A stretch of DNA of 64,000 nucleotides, taken from the NCBI GenBank assembly GCA_963811165.1, contig CAWEQH010000008.1, positions 1-64,000 on the forward strand, written 5' to 3'. Below are positions 11,846-21,634 of the stretch, piece after piece. Position numbers and translations under genes: made by a program. Within the stretch, counting starts at the first letter, position 1. The number at the start of each line of letters is the position of its first letter. The notes beneath the pieces were generated by a model, which was not told the DNA's origin, searched no databases, and saw only the letters and a list, made by a program, of their open reading frames with translations. This DNA comes from an uncultured Nitrospiraceae bacterium (GTDB taxonomy: Bacteria > Nitrospirota > Thermodesulfovibrionia > Thermodesulfovibrionales > UBA6898).

Positions 11846-12852
11846 ATGCAAACGTCAACCAAGGATATTATCCGGACCGTCGTGTCGGGCTTGTTTCTGA
11901 TCACGCCCGCCCTGGTGATGGCCGTTTGCGTGGTGGCCATCGACGCCGTTCAAAGGCGAATGAACCGAAAACGCAAGAATCCCCTCACCGAAAAGAGGCT
12001 TCTGCGCGCTCCCGGACAGGGGCTTTCGGAGCGCGCTGACGACGCCCAGTTTAAGGTCATGGAAACCATATTCCTCTGGTGCGTCATACCGACGATGCTA
12101 TATCTGGCGCTCATGTCGCCACTGGTCTCTCTCAAGGCATTCTCCGTTCTGTTGGTCGCAATGGCGGTGGCGTGCGCCGCCTGCGCGTACGGAGCCGAGA
12201 GGGCCTTTTCGATGCTGAAGCGGATTACAAATGACCGGCTGGGCTGCGAAGGCGAGCGCTTCGTCGGACAGGAGCTTGACGAACTCATGCTCGACGGATA
12301 CAGGGTGTACCATGACATCCAGGCGGGGCACTTCAACATCGACCACGCGGTCGTCGGTCCGGCCGGAGTGTTTGCCGTAGAAACGAAGACGAGATCGAAG
12401 CACGACTCCGCCGAGGGGGGAGAAGCGGTCAAGGTAATATATAGCGGGGACTTCATATATTTTCCGCAATGGGGAAAATCGAAGGGATGGACAGACACGC
12501 GCGCAACGGAGCAGGCCAGGACAAACGCAAAATGGCTTGCAAAAAGACTCTCCGAAAGCACAGGGCGCGACGTCAAGGTATTTCCGGTCGTTGCAGTGCC
12601 CGGCTGGTTCACCAGGAAGTATTCCGAGGAGGAAGACGGAAACAAAGGTCTTGCCCACCTTATAAGCAAGGAAACGGAGAAGCCGAACCCGATCGTCTAC
12701 AACGGGGAGAATCCTAGGCTCATACTTCCGAAGTGCGGTCTGTTCCGGAATAAATGGCTTTCAGCGAGGAAATAGACTCTATAGCTCACCAGATGGAACA
12801 GCTCTGTTCCGTGGAGCCCTCCACACTCAATAAGAAGAAAATCTCCGATTGA
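11846..12852 (+). CDS. Membrane-anchored NERD-domain nuclease
   Basis: Three TM segments, then GCEGERFV, YHDI, NIDHAVVGPAGVFAVETKT; probable indel near 12760 extends it to 12852. Confidence 0.8.
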
Positions 12853-13052
12853 CCCGAACGGCTACTGCTCACAATCCTGCTCCGTAAGCCCTCGAATTTC
12901 GTGTGAGGCCATTATAAATGAGGCTCCTCTGCGCAAGCCGGGGCTTTTTTGCGCGGAGCTTTCATAGTGGGGAGACGGGTGCGGCTACGGGAACATTCCC
13001 CCGTGCGGAAACTTCGGGACCGGTTCAGTTCGGCGGGTTATTACTTGCCGTC

Positions 13053-13465
13053 TCAGTCTCCGACCCTTTCCAACCATATCGCAAACGCCACAGGTTTATC
13101 CGGGTGTGCGGCCAGGCGGATTTGCAGGTTGCCCTCGTACGCGGCCCGGTCGTCTATCCTTCAGGGGATTGCCGTACATCCCAGCGTATTCCCACCGGTT
13201 CTCGAAGAGCTTGACGAAGAGCGGAACCGGATGCTGGCAGCGCAGCAGACTTTCTGCCTTGCCAATGATGCCGCGCGTGTTGCCGACCAGGATTTCCTCG
13301 GGAAACCCGGGGTTCATTGACGGGACCAACGCCGCGGCCACGGGATCTCCGCCCTTGCACAAAATATAGTAGGAATCGCCGACCGGCCGGTGGCCCCAAC
13401 TCTCGCAAGCAGCTCTCCCAAGAATAAATAGGCGTCGTTCCCTCCTCATGCAGATTGAGACGCAT
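13053..13465 (-). CDS. Uncharacterised protein, paralogue A (frameshifted; start uncertain)
   Basis: Core SMNPGFPEEILVG...VPLFVKLFENRWEYAGMY; C-terminus VAFAIWLERVGD* in another frame. Confidence 0.5.
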
Positions 13466-13678
13466 GCCGACGAGGATCGTCCGGCGCACACGATTTGTAA
13501 GTTAGTCGGATAACGCTCGATATCCCCCATAGTTGATTCTCCATCACAACATACACCATTTTGAAGCTCTTGAAAAGTGCCTGCTAAGGGGACGTCTTAT
13601 TCCCGGATCTATCCACGCCCCCTTCAATCCGCTATACTTTTGTAGGATCACAAAAATCATCCCAGGAGGAAACACGAC

Positions 13679-13993
13679 ATGACCAAGGTTGAACTCATCG
13701 AAAAAATGGCGAAGGACTCCGACGTATCCAAGGCGGCCGCGCAGAAGGCGATGGAATCCTTCGTCGACGGCGTCAAGAAGACCCTGAAGAAAGGCGGCAA
13801 GGTGACCCTCGTCGGCTTCGGCACCTTCTCGGTCAGCAAGAGGGCCGCGCACAAGGGCAGAAACCCGCGGACCGGCGCGGAGATCAAGATCAAGGCTTCC
13901 AAGACGCCCAAGTTCAAGGCGGGCAAGGCTTTCAAGGAAAGCATCGAAAGCAAAGACCGATGCTCCTCCGCAAACGCACAAAGTGGATTGTGA
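13679..13993 (+). CDS. hup: HU family DNA-binding protein
   Basis: MTKVELIEKMA...VTLVGFGTF...GRNPRTGAEIKIKASKTPKFKAGK. Confidence 0.95.
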   Translation: MTKVELIEKMAKDSDVSKAAAQKAMESFVDGVKKTLKKGGKVTLVGFGTFSVSKRAAHKGRNPRTGAEIKIKASKTPKFKAGKAFKESIESKDRCSSANAQSGL

Positions 13994-14062
13994 AACTAAG
14001 TAAGGCAGATAGGGTATAATTTGTTATTCTTTATTTACATTTTTCATGGGAGGTCGTGAGTC

Positions 14063-14386
14063 ATGAACGTTAAACCACTTCAAGACTGGGCCGTAATCAG
14101 AAGGTCCGAAGCCGAGGAGAAGACCGCCGGCGGAATTATCATACCGGATACGGCGAAGGAGAAGCCCCTGGAAGGGGTAATCGTTGCAATAGGCCCGGGC
14201 GGATATAAGCTGGAAAAAGGAAAGGGAAAAAAGAAAAAGAGAAAAAAGAAGAAATTCGTCCCCACTCAACTTAAACCCGGCCAGAAGGTAATTTACCAAA
14301 AATATGCCGAACGGGAAGTGGAACTAAGCAACGAAGTCATCACGCTCGTCAGAGAAGAAGATATCCTCGGTACGGTAGAAGATTAA
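14063..14386 (+). CDS. groES: Co-chaperonin GroES (orphan, Lys-rich insertion)
   Basis: VKPLQD...EEKTAGGIIIPDTAKEKP..G.IVAIGPG...REEDILG; no groEL adjacent. Confidence 0.9.
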   Translation: MNVKPLQDWAVIRRSEAEEKTAGGIIIPDTAKEKPLEGVIVAIGPGGYKLEKGKGKKKKRKKKKFVPTQLKPGQKVIYQKYAEREVELSNEVITLVREEDILGTVED

Positions 14387-14419
14387 GCTGCTCTTTATAT
14401 ATTTGAACTGGCGATTGAA

Positions 14420-14587
14420 ATGACAAGGAACATGTCCGTCGTGCTTTACATTGTAGTGCTGATAGCCGTTGTCGTTAGTGTAGATTTACTCTTCTTTAAG
14501 AATCGATTCTGGGAACGGCTGATAGTGAACATCGGTATTGTCATGGTGTTTGCAGCCTTCTATTTGAGATTCCTAAAGAACCCGTAA
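14420..14587 (+). CDS. Small two-TM membrane protein, 55 aa
   Basis: MTRNMSVVLYIVVLIAVVVSVDLLFFKNRFWERLIVNIGIVMVFAAFYLRFLKNP*; below the ORF-track cutoff. Confidence 0.65.
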   Translation: MTRNMSVVLYIVVLIAVVVSVDLLFFKNRFWERLIVNIGIVMVFAAFYLRFLKNP

Positions 14588-14614
14588 GCTAAGCGCCGCG
14601 GCACCCAACTGGTT

Positions 14615-14659
14615 GCCTAACACCCACATCGAGTCCACGGCTCATGTGGAACATTAGCC
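14615..14659 (+). repeat. Degenerate short attC-like site
   Basis: GCCTAAC-ac-CCACAT(C)GAG-tccacgg-CTCATGTGG-aac-ATTAGCC; stem with one extrahelical base, just after a small ORF. Confidence 0.45.
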
Positions 14660-14691
14660 ATGCAAGAGCTACTCGACAATGCTGCTGGTAT

Positions 14692-15486
14692 TTATGGCAA
14701 GGCGCCGCATGAAGTACGCGAAGAGGAGCTTATGGTTGGGGGGGAACTACTCCTTGTGCGTCCCATCAGAATCTTCGTTTGCTTTGTTAGAAGAAAAGTC
14801 CACTCCTCCAACACGGCGTTTGATGCATCGTGAGCGGCAACAGTGCCCGTTATTGCGTGACCATACGACCCTTCATGATGGGCAGGAATAGGTCGGTCAG
14901 TTGACTTTAGCTGCTTATAACGACATAAAGCTGCTGTTTGGAGTGATACATCTTTCGGAAGTGCCTCTAAAAAATTCTTTACGGATGTTTCTAGGTCAGC
15001 AAAAAACTTCTTCAGGCCTATGACTATGATTTGACCTTCTTCCCTAATTTCCTCGTTTCCGGGCGTTATAGTAGCACCAAACAAATTCCAACTATGGACA
15101 CTAAAAGTGCGGTAATTTTTATACAGTCTTTTTGCAAACGGCCGATAAGTATTTGGGAAGAAAGTGGATATATATTTTCCGTATCGCGGACCAGCCTTAT
15201 CCGGTCGCTCGCATTCAGGGCATTTATCAGTACCGCAGTCTCGGAACGCGTATGAAGATAAAGCGTCTATAGCACATAAGATAGAGAGAACTATGACATG
15301 TCCCCTGCCTTCTAAACTTTTCGCATCATTTATAACATTTCGGATTTCAGCAAGAATAGACTCGCAAAATATTCTTTCAAGAACCTGTTTGAAATCCGGT
15401 ACATATTCGTTAGACACTTCTGGCCATGTGCTGGTTTGCCACGGTCTGAACTTTTCTGGGTTCTTCTTGAACTCTTCAAACGTCAT
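14692..15486 (-). CDS. Hypothetical protein, HEPN-like
   Basis: GGGAGG RBS; ILCAIDALS helix and LYKNYRTFSVH (Rx4H). Confidence 0.55.
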   Translation of the reverse strand: MTFEEFKKNPEKFRPWQTSTWPEVSNEYVPDFKQVLERIFCESILAEIRNVINDAKSLEGRGHVIVLSILCAIDALSSYAFRDCGTDKCPECERPDKAGPRYGKYISTFFPNTYRPFAKRLYKNYRTFSVHSWNLFGATITPGNEEIREEGQIIVIGLKKFFADLETSVKNFLEALPKDVSLQTAALCRYKQLKSTDRPIPAHHEGSYGHAITGTVAAHDASNAVLEEWTFLLTKQTKILMGRTRSSSPPTISSSSRTSCGALP

Positions 15487-15861
15487 GATGCCTCCCTTTT
15501 CGCCGTTTGTACAACTGCCACTTTGATGCCTGTTTATGGACAGACCGACCTTCCCAGGGCCACGGCTTCGATCCTTATCCGCGATATGTCCTCAGCCAGG
15601 CTCCTGTAGAAGGGGAGACCCTCCCCGCTCCGCTACTTGAGGTGGGCGTGTTCGTACGCTTCCCTTCGCGCTTTCGGGGTACTTCAGAGCCTGGTAGTAG
15701 TCGTCCATGGAAACGGACGACTCGGCGCAGAAGCCCGCCAACTCCGAGCTTCAGGCCTTCAAGTTCATCGATGATTTACATGAGGACTCCGACCTTGTCG
15801 GCTTTGAGCTCGTCAATCTGGAGGAGCCTCTTTTCGCTTCCGCTTTCCATTGAGTTCGCCG

Positions 15862-16369
15862 TCACTTCTTCTTTTTTTGCCTCTTCTTCGGCTTGCGGGT
15901 CTTCTTGACTAGGGCGTCCATTATCTGCTCGGGCGTGACGTCTTGGTCGTGAGGTATCCTGATGATCTTCTCCTCGAAATACTCCCCGTCCTTGTAATGA
16001 CCGCGAACTATCACTTCAACCGGCGACGACGGCCCGTCTCCCCGCCTGACGCCCTCCGAACGCGCCTTGATGATTGCCGTGACCAGCTCGACGAGGCTCT
16101 TCGCGAACCCCAGCCCAGCGGTGATGATTGCCAGGTAAACCAGGATCTCGGGACCGGTCTCGTGTTCCTCTATCTCATAGCGGATGTCCGACAGGTCGGC
16201 TCCCGCGACATACGCGTCGATGAGCCGGTAAGCTTGGGGGGAATGCTGGCGATGGAAAGCAGCCCGTATCGATCCTCACCTTGATTGACGCCGGAATATG
16301 GCCGGCGGCATCGACGGCACCGAACCTGTTCATCCGCTCCCGAAACTCTTTCAACCAAAGGGTGTCCAT
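15862..16369 (-). CDS. Hypothetical protein (one frameshift)
   Basis: GGGAGG RBS; reconstructed MDTLWLKEF...GCFHRQHSPQAYRLID...EEHETGPEILVYLAIITAGL...KARSEG...KKRQKKKK*. Confidence 0.55.
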
Positions 16370-16600
16370 AAATGCCTCCCAGGACGGTGGCGGGCGATCA
16401 TGCGGTCTCCGCTCGTCCGCGCAGGGTTTCCCACGGACGCCCGCCTTCTTTACAGGACCTTTTTCGGGGATGCTTCTTCGGAAACCGAAGGCGGTTTTTC
16501 CGTTAATGCTTCCCGCCCTGCACACGCCTTGCACACGGTAGTTTTCTCGGGGTTTCGAAAGAGGAAATGGCTTAAACACGCCGTTTGCGGGGGAAAAAGT

Positions 16601-16641
16601 TGGTGCCGAAGGCGGGACTCGAACCCGCATGGATTGCTCCA
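16601..16641 (-). other. 3' fragment of a tRNA-Leu (att-site remnant)
   Basis: Long variable arm TGGAGCAATCCA, T arm GCGGG-TTCGAGT-CCCGC, CTTCGGC-A-CCA; no 5' half. Confidence 0.75.
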
Positions 16642-17009
16642 GATAGCGAGGAGTACTGCAAATAACCGACGCTGCTGGCCATATTGCTGCGATCTGAGAT
16701 TGATAAACAATAGGAATCTCCGAGTTGATCATGAGGTGCATGTTTCGTGATAAACTCTTCAACAGTTGCGTCGGGAAAGATTTGTTGGCTTTCAGGTGGA
16801 TGCCACGGTGCGACTGCTCAATGAGCTTCGAGCGAAAAATGTCGCCGGCAATCCACTTCGCTTTCTTATCAAATCAAAAGACGACAACAAGGGATAGTCC
16901 TTCAAGTCTTTTCTTACCTTGTTGACGGGCCTTTGTTCACCCCGGTAATCGGCTCTGGAATTTTGCAAGAACCTACATTATAATGTCTCAAATGGACGCC
17001 GGGAGAGCG

Positions 17010-17853
17010 ATGCCTTCCAATAAGAAGTATTCCCTTGCCAGGACGCGTGGGGAACTGGAAAAGATGCACGAGGCCAGAATTTCCTACCTTAAAGAACAGA
17101 TTACACTAATGAACGACATATTCGCTCAGCGCTAAGAATTTCGCTGGGAAGTCCAAGAACAAAATGTATAAGCACAGGATTTTCTGTGTAGGAAGCCTTC
17201 TTGTTGCGCGGCGAAAAACAGTAAAAGCCACGGTTGCCTTGGCCGAAACGGGACTTTTCCATCAAATTCACTATATCAGCAGAAGCACCTGGGAACTCAC
17301 CATAAATCTTAGTTACATACTCGACGACGAAGAAAGCGGGATGAGCGTCTTGAAATGTACATCGCATACGACGAGTCAGTCATCCCTTACAAGGCTATGG
17401 AGGTGATTCGGGAAATATCCGAGTATTTCGTGGGCATGGGCGTCGAGGAACACTTTCAGAAGAAGGAGAAGAGCTTCAAAGAGTTCAAGGAGAAGTACAA
17501 ACAAAACTTCAACAAGAACTACTGGAGTGGCCTAACGCTCGATAAAATGATAGCTGCACTTCATGACAGGGATTCGAGGGAAGGATATGATGACGTTTTA
17601 TTATGACATGTTGGTCAGAATGGACAACTTTTACCTCCATCCCAGTTGGAGTTATACTGAAAGAGCGGTGGACGATGCGCTTGGCCGGGAACGCAATCTC
17701 GAAAAGACGATAATGCAAATGGCTGCTATGTTCGAAGCCGCAGGCGTTGTCATAACAATATTTCTTAAGAACTTCGCGAAGAGGAGACCAGCTTTTTTGA
17801 AAAGGCTTGGGGATTTGAGCGAAAGGTTCCATTCTTTGGGAAATGCGGAATGA
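17010..17853 (+). CDS. DUF5677-like (HEPN-related) protein, several frameshifts
   Basis: Fragments ISRSTWELTINLSYI, NYWSGLTL, DNFYLHPSW join across frames. Confidence 0.45.
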
Positions 17854-18027
17854 TCGGCACAGATTGACGAACGTTAGCTGCGGTTTTTTTGTTTCTCTCA
17901 TATTCGATACGTGTTAGAGTTATTCAGTAAGAAAGCATCTCATGGGTTGTTGATACTTGGGGTAAACGGATGGAGATATTAAAAGTAGGCTCGTCGATTA
18001 AAATGCACCGTTACAGAGTCAATATTT

Positions 18028-18450
18028 ATGAGAACGACATATTTCACTGTTCTCGATGATGCTTACTTTTTTCTTAACCAAGCTAAGGGCCGACCTGACG
18101 TGCCGTCTGTTAGGCCTCTTATTCAAAGATACATAAGGGCCTCTATCTTGTTCAGCTGGATTGCAGTTGAGGAAGCTCTCGATCACTCCATAGAGGCTTT
18201 AGGGAAAACGACTTCAGCGCGAGGGCTTCCAAACAGGATTCAATTTGTTCTCGAAGCGCGTGCAGTAAAAGGCGTTGAGCCGGCGCTTTTCACTGAAATC
18301 AGATCAATACGAAATTCTCTCGTTCATCCTAGGACAGACATTTCTGAAGACACTTTATTGACGGTTGAGCAAGCTGAGAAAGTTTTCGATTATTGCTATA
18401 AGCTGATTCGGTTGCTCTACCCTTATAATGTGACTTTAAAGCCAATTTAG
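18028..18450 (+). CDS. HEPN-like protein
   Basis: RASILFSWIAVEE and IRSIRNSLVHP (Rx4H). Confidence 0.6.
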   Translation: MRTTYFTVLDDAYFFLNQAKGRPDVPSVRPLIQRYIRASILFSWIAVEEALDHSIEALGKTTSARGLPNRIQFVLEARAVKGVEPALFTEIRSIRNSLVHPRTDISEDTLLTVEQAEKVFDYCYKLIRLLYPYNVTLKPI

Positions 18451-18622
18451 AATAGATGCCAGCAAGTTGTCGAACGAATACGACTCTATTATTCCTGCAG
18501 ATTTTAAATGAACTGAGGTCATGGCAAAAGTGAGGAGTGTTCATCGCAGAATTACAACTTTTCCGTAGATTTCACGAGAGGTTGTACATTCTGGCGCGAC
18601 TCCGAGCTATAGAAAGCTCCTT

Positions 18623-18906
18623 TCACTGAACTGGGTCCAGTGACATCCTGTGGGTTCCCTTGAAATAAATTCCGCCTTGCAATTCTCCGAGTCTACATGT
18701 GAACGGTGTTCTACATGATCTACAGGGCCGTGATCCACCTTCTGTTTATGGACGCGCACCGGGCCGTGGCAGTGCATGCATCGGATATCCCCGCTGGCAC
18801 CGCTCGTCAGCGATGACACGGGCACTTCTTTCCATCTCCATACTTTCTCGTCACCCTGTTTGTACATCGTTTTCTTTTCGCAATTCGTCATCAGGTCATG
18901 CGGCAT
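18623..18906 (-). CDS. Small Cys/His Zn-binding protein
   Basis: GGAGG RBS; RCMHCHG...DHVEH...NC; probable indel near the C-terminus (track ORF ends at 18607). Confidence 0.6.
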
Positions 18907-18922
18907 GATGGTCCTCCCTCTT

Positions 18923-19294
18923 TCAGTCCTTTCGCTCCAATCTAAGGACCATCACTACATCTTCTCTCAGAGCCTCTCTAGCGAGTCGGCTGACTTCATC
19001 TTTGTCTTCTGAGAGTGATTTCAGTCCGATAGTCTCCAACGTAAATCCACTCGTTAACGTCGCGCTTGACAAATACTGGAACAAAGTCCTTCTGTTTATC
19101 GAACATTCTTGCATAACGTACGACGTTTACGCCTTTGCCTACCAGTATTGTGTCTGGAATTCCCGGATTCATACTCTGTTTAAGACAGGCACAGACGACA
19201 CGCCCGCTCACGTGCGGCAGGTATTCCTGAATATCGCGCCGAGCATAGAGGCAATCTCTCGTCTGGTGTATGCCTTACTTTTTTCTAGTCGCAT
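18923..19294 (-). CDS. Uncharacterised protein, paralogue B (two indels)
   Basis: Reconstructed MRLEKSKAYTRREIASMLGGDIQEYLPHVSGRVVCACLKQSMNPGIPDTILVG...VPVFVKRDVNEWIYVGDY...VVMVLRLERKD*. Confidence 0.6.
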
Positions 19295-19738
19295 CTAAAC
19301 AACCCCCTCATCGATGTATCTACCACTTCTCTCAAAATGCTTTGCAAGGCCCACGAGTGCCATACCATACAATTATAACAGACTTTAAAGTTCATATTTC
19401 TAATGGAAATCACAGCCTTCGAAAGAAGGCTAGATGTGTCAATTATCAGGTGCAGCCTTTGTTTTTAAAGAAGCCGGCGACTGAAAATCCTCATGCCTGC
19501 CTCGCCGAATGAACGGCGATAGCATCATCAATTTACTTAGTACCTTTAGGAGGAGAGACCTATGGTCATCGAAAATTGAGACTGGCAAGGATTATAGAAA
19601 CTATCAACCCTCAATGCGCTCCCATTGGGCATCAGGCCCTCTGCCAAGACACTTTATCTTTTTTTCTTTTCTTAAGTCAGAAAGTGCACGCTGTAATGTT
19701 GGATAGCTCACTCCCGGACAATCGGGCACATCATTATT

Positions 19739-20425
19739 TCAGGCATATATGAGTATTTCTCCAGTTTCAGGATTCTGCGCAAATTTATCGATTCTTGTCT
19801 TTTTCCCGGGATATAAAGAATCGTCCAGTGAATAAGCGGTTATTGGTCTTATCCCTCTGCCTGCGTATTCGAGTGTCTTAAACAGATAGCCGATAAATGA
19901 TCCCGAATAACGGTAGCGGCGGATACAGCCCTCAATACGCACCTGAATCATGTCGTCAAGCCCTTCCCAGCATGATATCTTTGGGTACTGTTCGATCCAC
20001 TCATCGATAGTGAGCCTGACCAGCTTAATAATTTCCTGTTTGGCAGCTACGTTTCCTTGTTGAGCGATTCTTACCAGCGCGATGCTGATGATATCCCGGA
20101 CCTGCTTATCATTCGCATCTGCCGGAGAGAGAAACGTATAAAGTTTGTCATGGTATTTTTCCAGAATAATCTCAACTGCCCTCTTGTCCCTGAAACATTC
20201 CGGATGTCTGCCCCTGCGTGATGTCTGCCATCTTCGCTGTAATTTGCGGTCCAATGCACGAGTGATTCTATCCCAGTCTATGCCGCCGATTTCAGCTCTT
20301 ACGTTTTTCTGAATAAACCGATAAACATGCGGAGCATGTTGTCGTATCCAAGAACTATTGAATGTATTGGGCTGTTGCTTTATCAGTAGTTTGTTTATCG
20401 CGCTGACAGCAGCATTGAAATCCAT
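19739..20425 (-). CDS. Hypothetical protein with sigma-factor region 2-like C-terminus
   Basis: Intact 228-aa ORF; LVRIAQQGNVAAKQEII and RYRYSGSFIGY...YSLD. Confidence 0.6.
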   Translation of the reverse strand: MDFNAAVSAINKLLIKQQPNTFNSSWIRQHAPHVYRFIQKNVRAEIGGIDWDRITRALDRKLQRRWQTSRRGRHPECFRDKRAVEIILEKYHDKLYTFLSPADANDKQVRDIISIALVRIAQQGNVAAKQEIIKLVRLTIDEWIEQYPKISCWEGLDDMIQVRIEGCIRRYRYSGSFIGYLFKTLEYAGRGIRPITAYSLDDSLYPGKKTRIDKFAQNPETGEILIYA

Positions 20426-20608
20426 TGTGTTGACCTATAGCAAAGCAAAAGGATTATTGAGTCATTATAGATGAGCTCCGCTAACTTTGCTCTCCCGGTT
20501 CAGCAGGACCTTGCAACCGGCTTTTTTCTCAGCGAGATGATGGGATGATTTGTTGTTTTTAACTGTAGTAAAATTGTAGTAGTTTTCTGCGATTTATACG
20601 GATTTGGC
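20412..20608. repeat. Direct repeat copy 1 (~197 bp)
   Basis: Near-identical to 21336-21531, differing only at gatttgttgt versus gattgccgt. Confidence 0.95.
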
Positions 20609-20626
20609 TATTCCAATAATATTAGC

Positions 20627-20645
20627 ATTGGTATATAATACCAAT
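20627..20645. promoter_or_regulatory. Palindrome ATTGGTAT-N3-ATACCAAT over a TATAAT box (TA autoregulation site)
   Basis: Perfect 8-bp inverted repeat ~10 nt upstream of the toxin ATG. Confidence 0.55.
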
Positions 20646-20654
20646 AGACTACTT

Positions 20655-20945
20655 ATGAGGGCGGACCTAATCAGGCACAATAAGATTATTGATGAGATGG
20701 GAAACATCGTTGAGATCAAGCTGTGGCATCTCTTTAAGCCTACGCCAGACAAGCCTCACGGCTTTAAATATTCTTTGGTTTATATTGTTGGGAATAAGAG
20801 GATTATTGGCTATGATAACTCAGAAGGAAAGGGAGATCACAGGCATGTTAAAGACTTTGTTGAGCCTTACCGCTTTACAAGTCTCGAAAAATTATCTGAG
20901 GATTTCAAACAGGATATTGAACGTTACAAAAGGGGTGTGTTATGA
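20655..20945 (+). CDS. DUF6516/TumE-like toxin
   Basis: IVEIKLW...PHGFKYSLVY...IGYDNSEGKGDHRH; ATGA overlap with the antitoxin. Confidence 0.8.
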   Translation: MRADLIRHNKIIDEMGNIVEIKLWHLFKPTPDKPHGFKYSLVYIVGNKRIIGYDNSEGKGDHRHVKDFVEPYRFTSLEKLSEDFKQDIERYKRGVL

Positions 20946-21310
20946 GAGCAAAGAAGATCATTAGGATACAGATTCGAAGTGTCGATGAAGCTCTTGCAGA
21001 TTTCGTTAGTACTGCCGAGTCTATCAAGAATGGCCAGAAAATCCAAAAAGAAACGGGTGTTTACTTTGCGTCTTTAGAGGCTTTTCGTAAAGCGATCACT
21101 CCTAAGCGAATGCAATTGCTTCATACCATTAGAGCAGAAAAACCTTCTTCGCTTCATGAACTTGCAAAACTGCTGAATCGAGATATAAAAAATGTCTCTG
21201 ATGATATTATTTTCTTAGAGCAAATAGGATTGATCGAGCGAAAACGATATGATAATAAAACTGCTCCTCGAAGCGCCTATGACGAAATGCAAGTAAAGAT
21301 TGCAATATAA
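20942..21310 (+). CDS. HTH antitoxin (HVO_A0114-like)
   Basis: YFASLEAFRKAITPKRMQLL...PSSLHELAKLLNRDIKNVSDD. Confidence 0.8.
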   Translation: MRAKKIIRIQIRSVDEALADFVSTAESIKNGQKIQKETGVYFASLEAFRKAITPKRMQLLHTIRAEKPSSLHELAKLLNRDIKNVSDDIIFLEQIGLIERKRYDNKTAPRSAYDEMQVKIAI

Positions 21311-21335
21311 AAACCTGACTTGCAAATGGCGTTGG

Positions 21336-21531
21336 GCATTGAAATCCATTGTGTTGACCTATAGCAAAGCAAAAGGATTATTGAGTCATTATAGATGAGC
21401 TCCGCTAACTTTGCTCTCCCGGTTCAGCAGGACCTTGCAACCGGCTTTTTTCTCAGCGAGATGATGGGATGATTGCCGTTTTTAACTGTAGTAAAATTGT
21501 AGTAGTTTTCTGCGATTTATACGGATTTGGC
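21336..21531. repeat. Direct repeat copy 2 (~196 bp)
   Basis: See copy 1; includes tandem TGTAGTA repeats with an 11-bp period. Confidence 0.95.
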
Positions 21532-21634
21532 CGGAATAACCGGAACATAAAGAATGCTAGTTTCTGCTTTAAAATCAATCGGTTTTGCTGGAACCGTTGC
21601 CAATGGCCATTTTGTAAAAAATGCCTTTTAACTT

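Noticed and set aside
16601..16690. Intact tRNA-Leu gene
   Set aside because: Similarity stops after the variable arm.
17868..17882. GTTAGCT as another attC site
   Set aside because: No matching RYYYAAC box or stem upstream.
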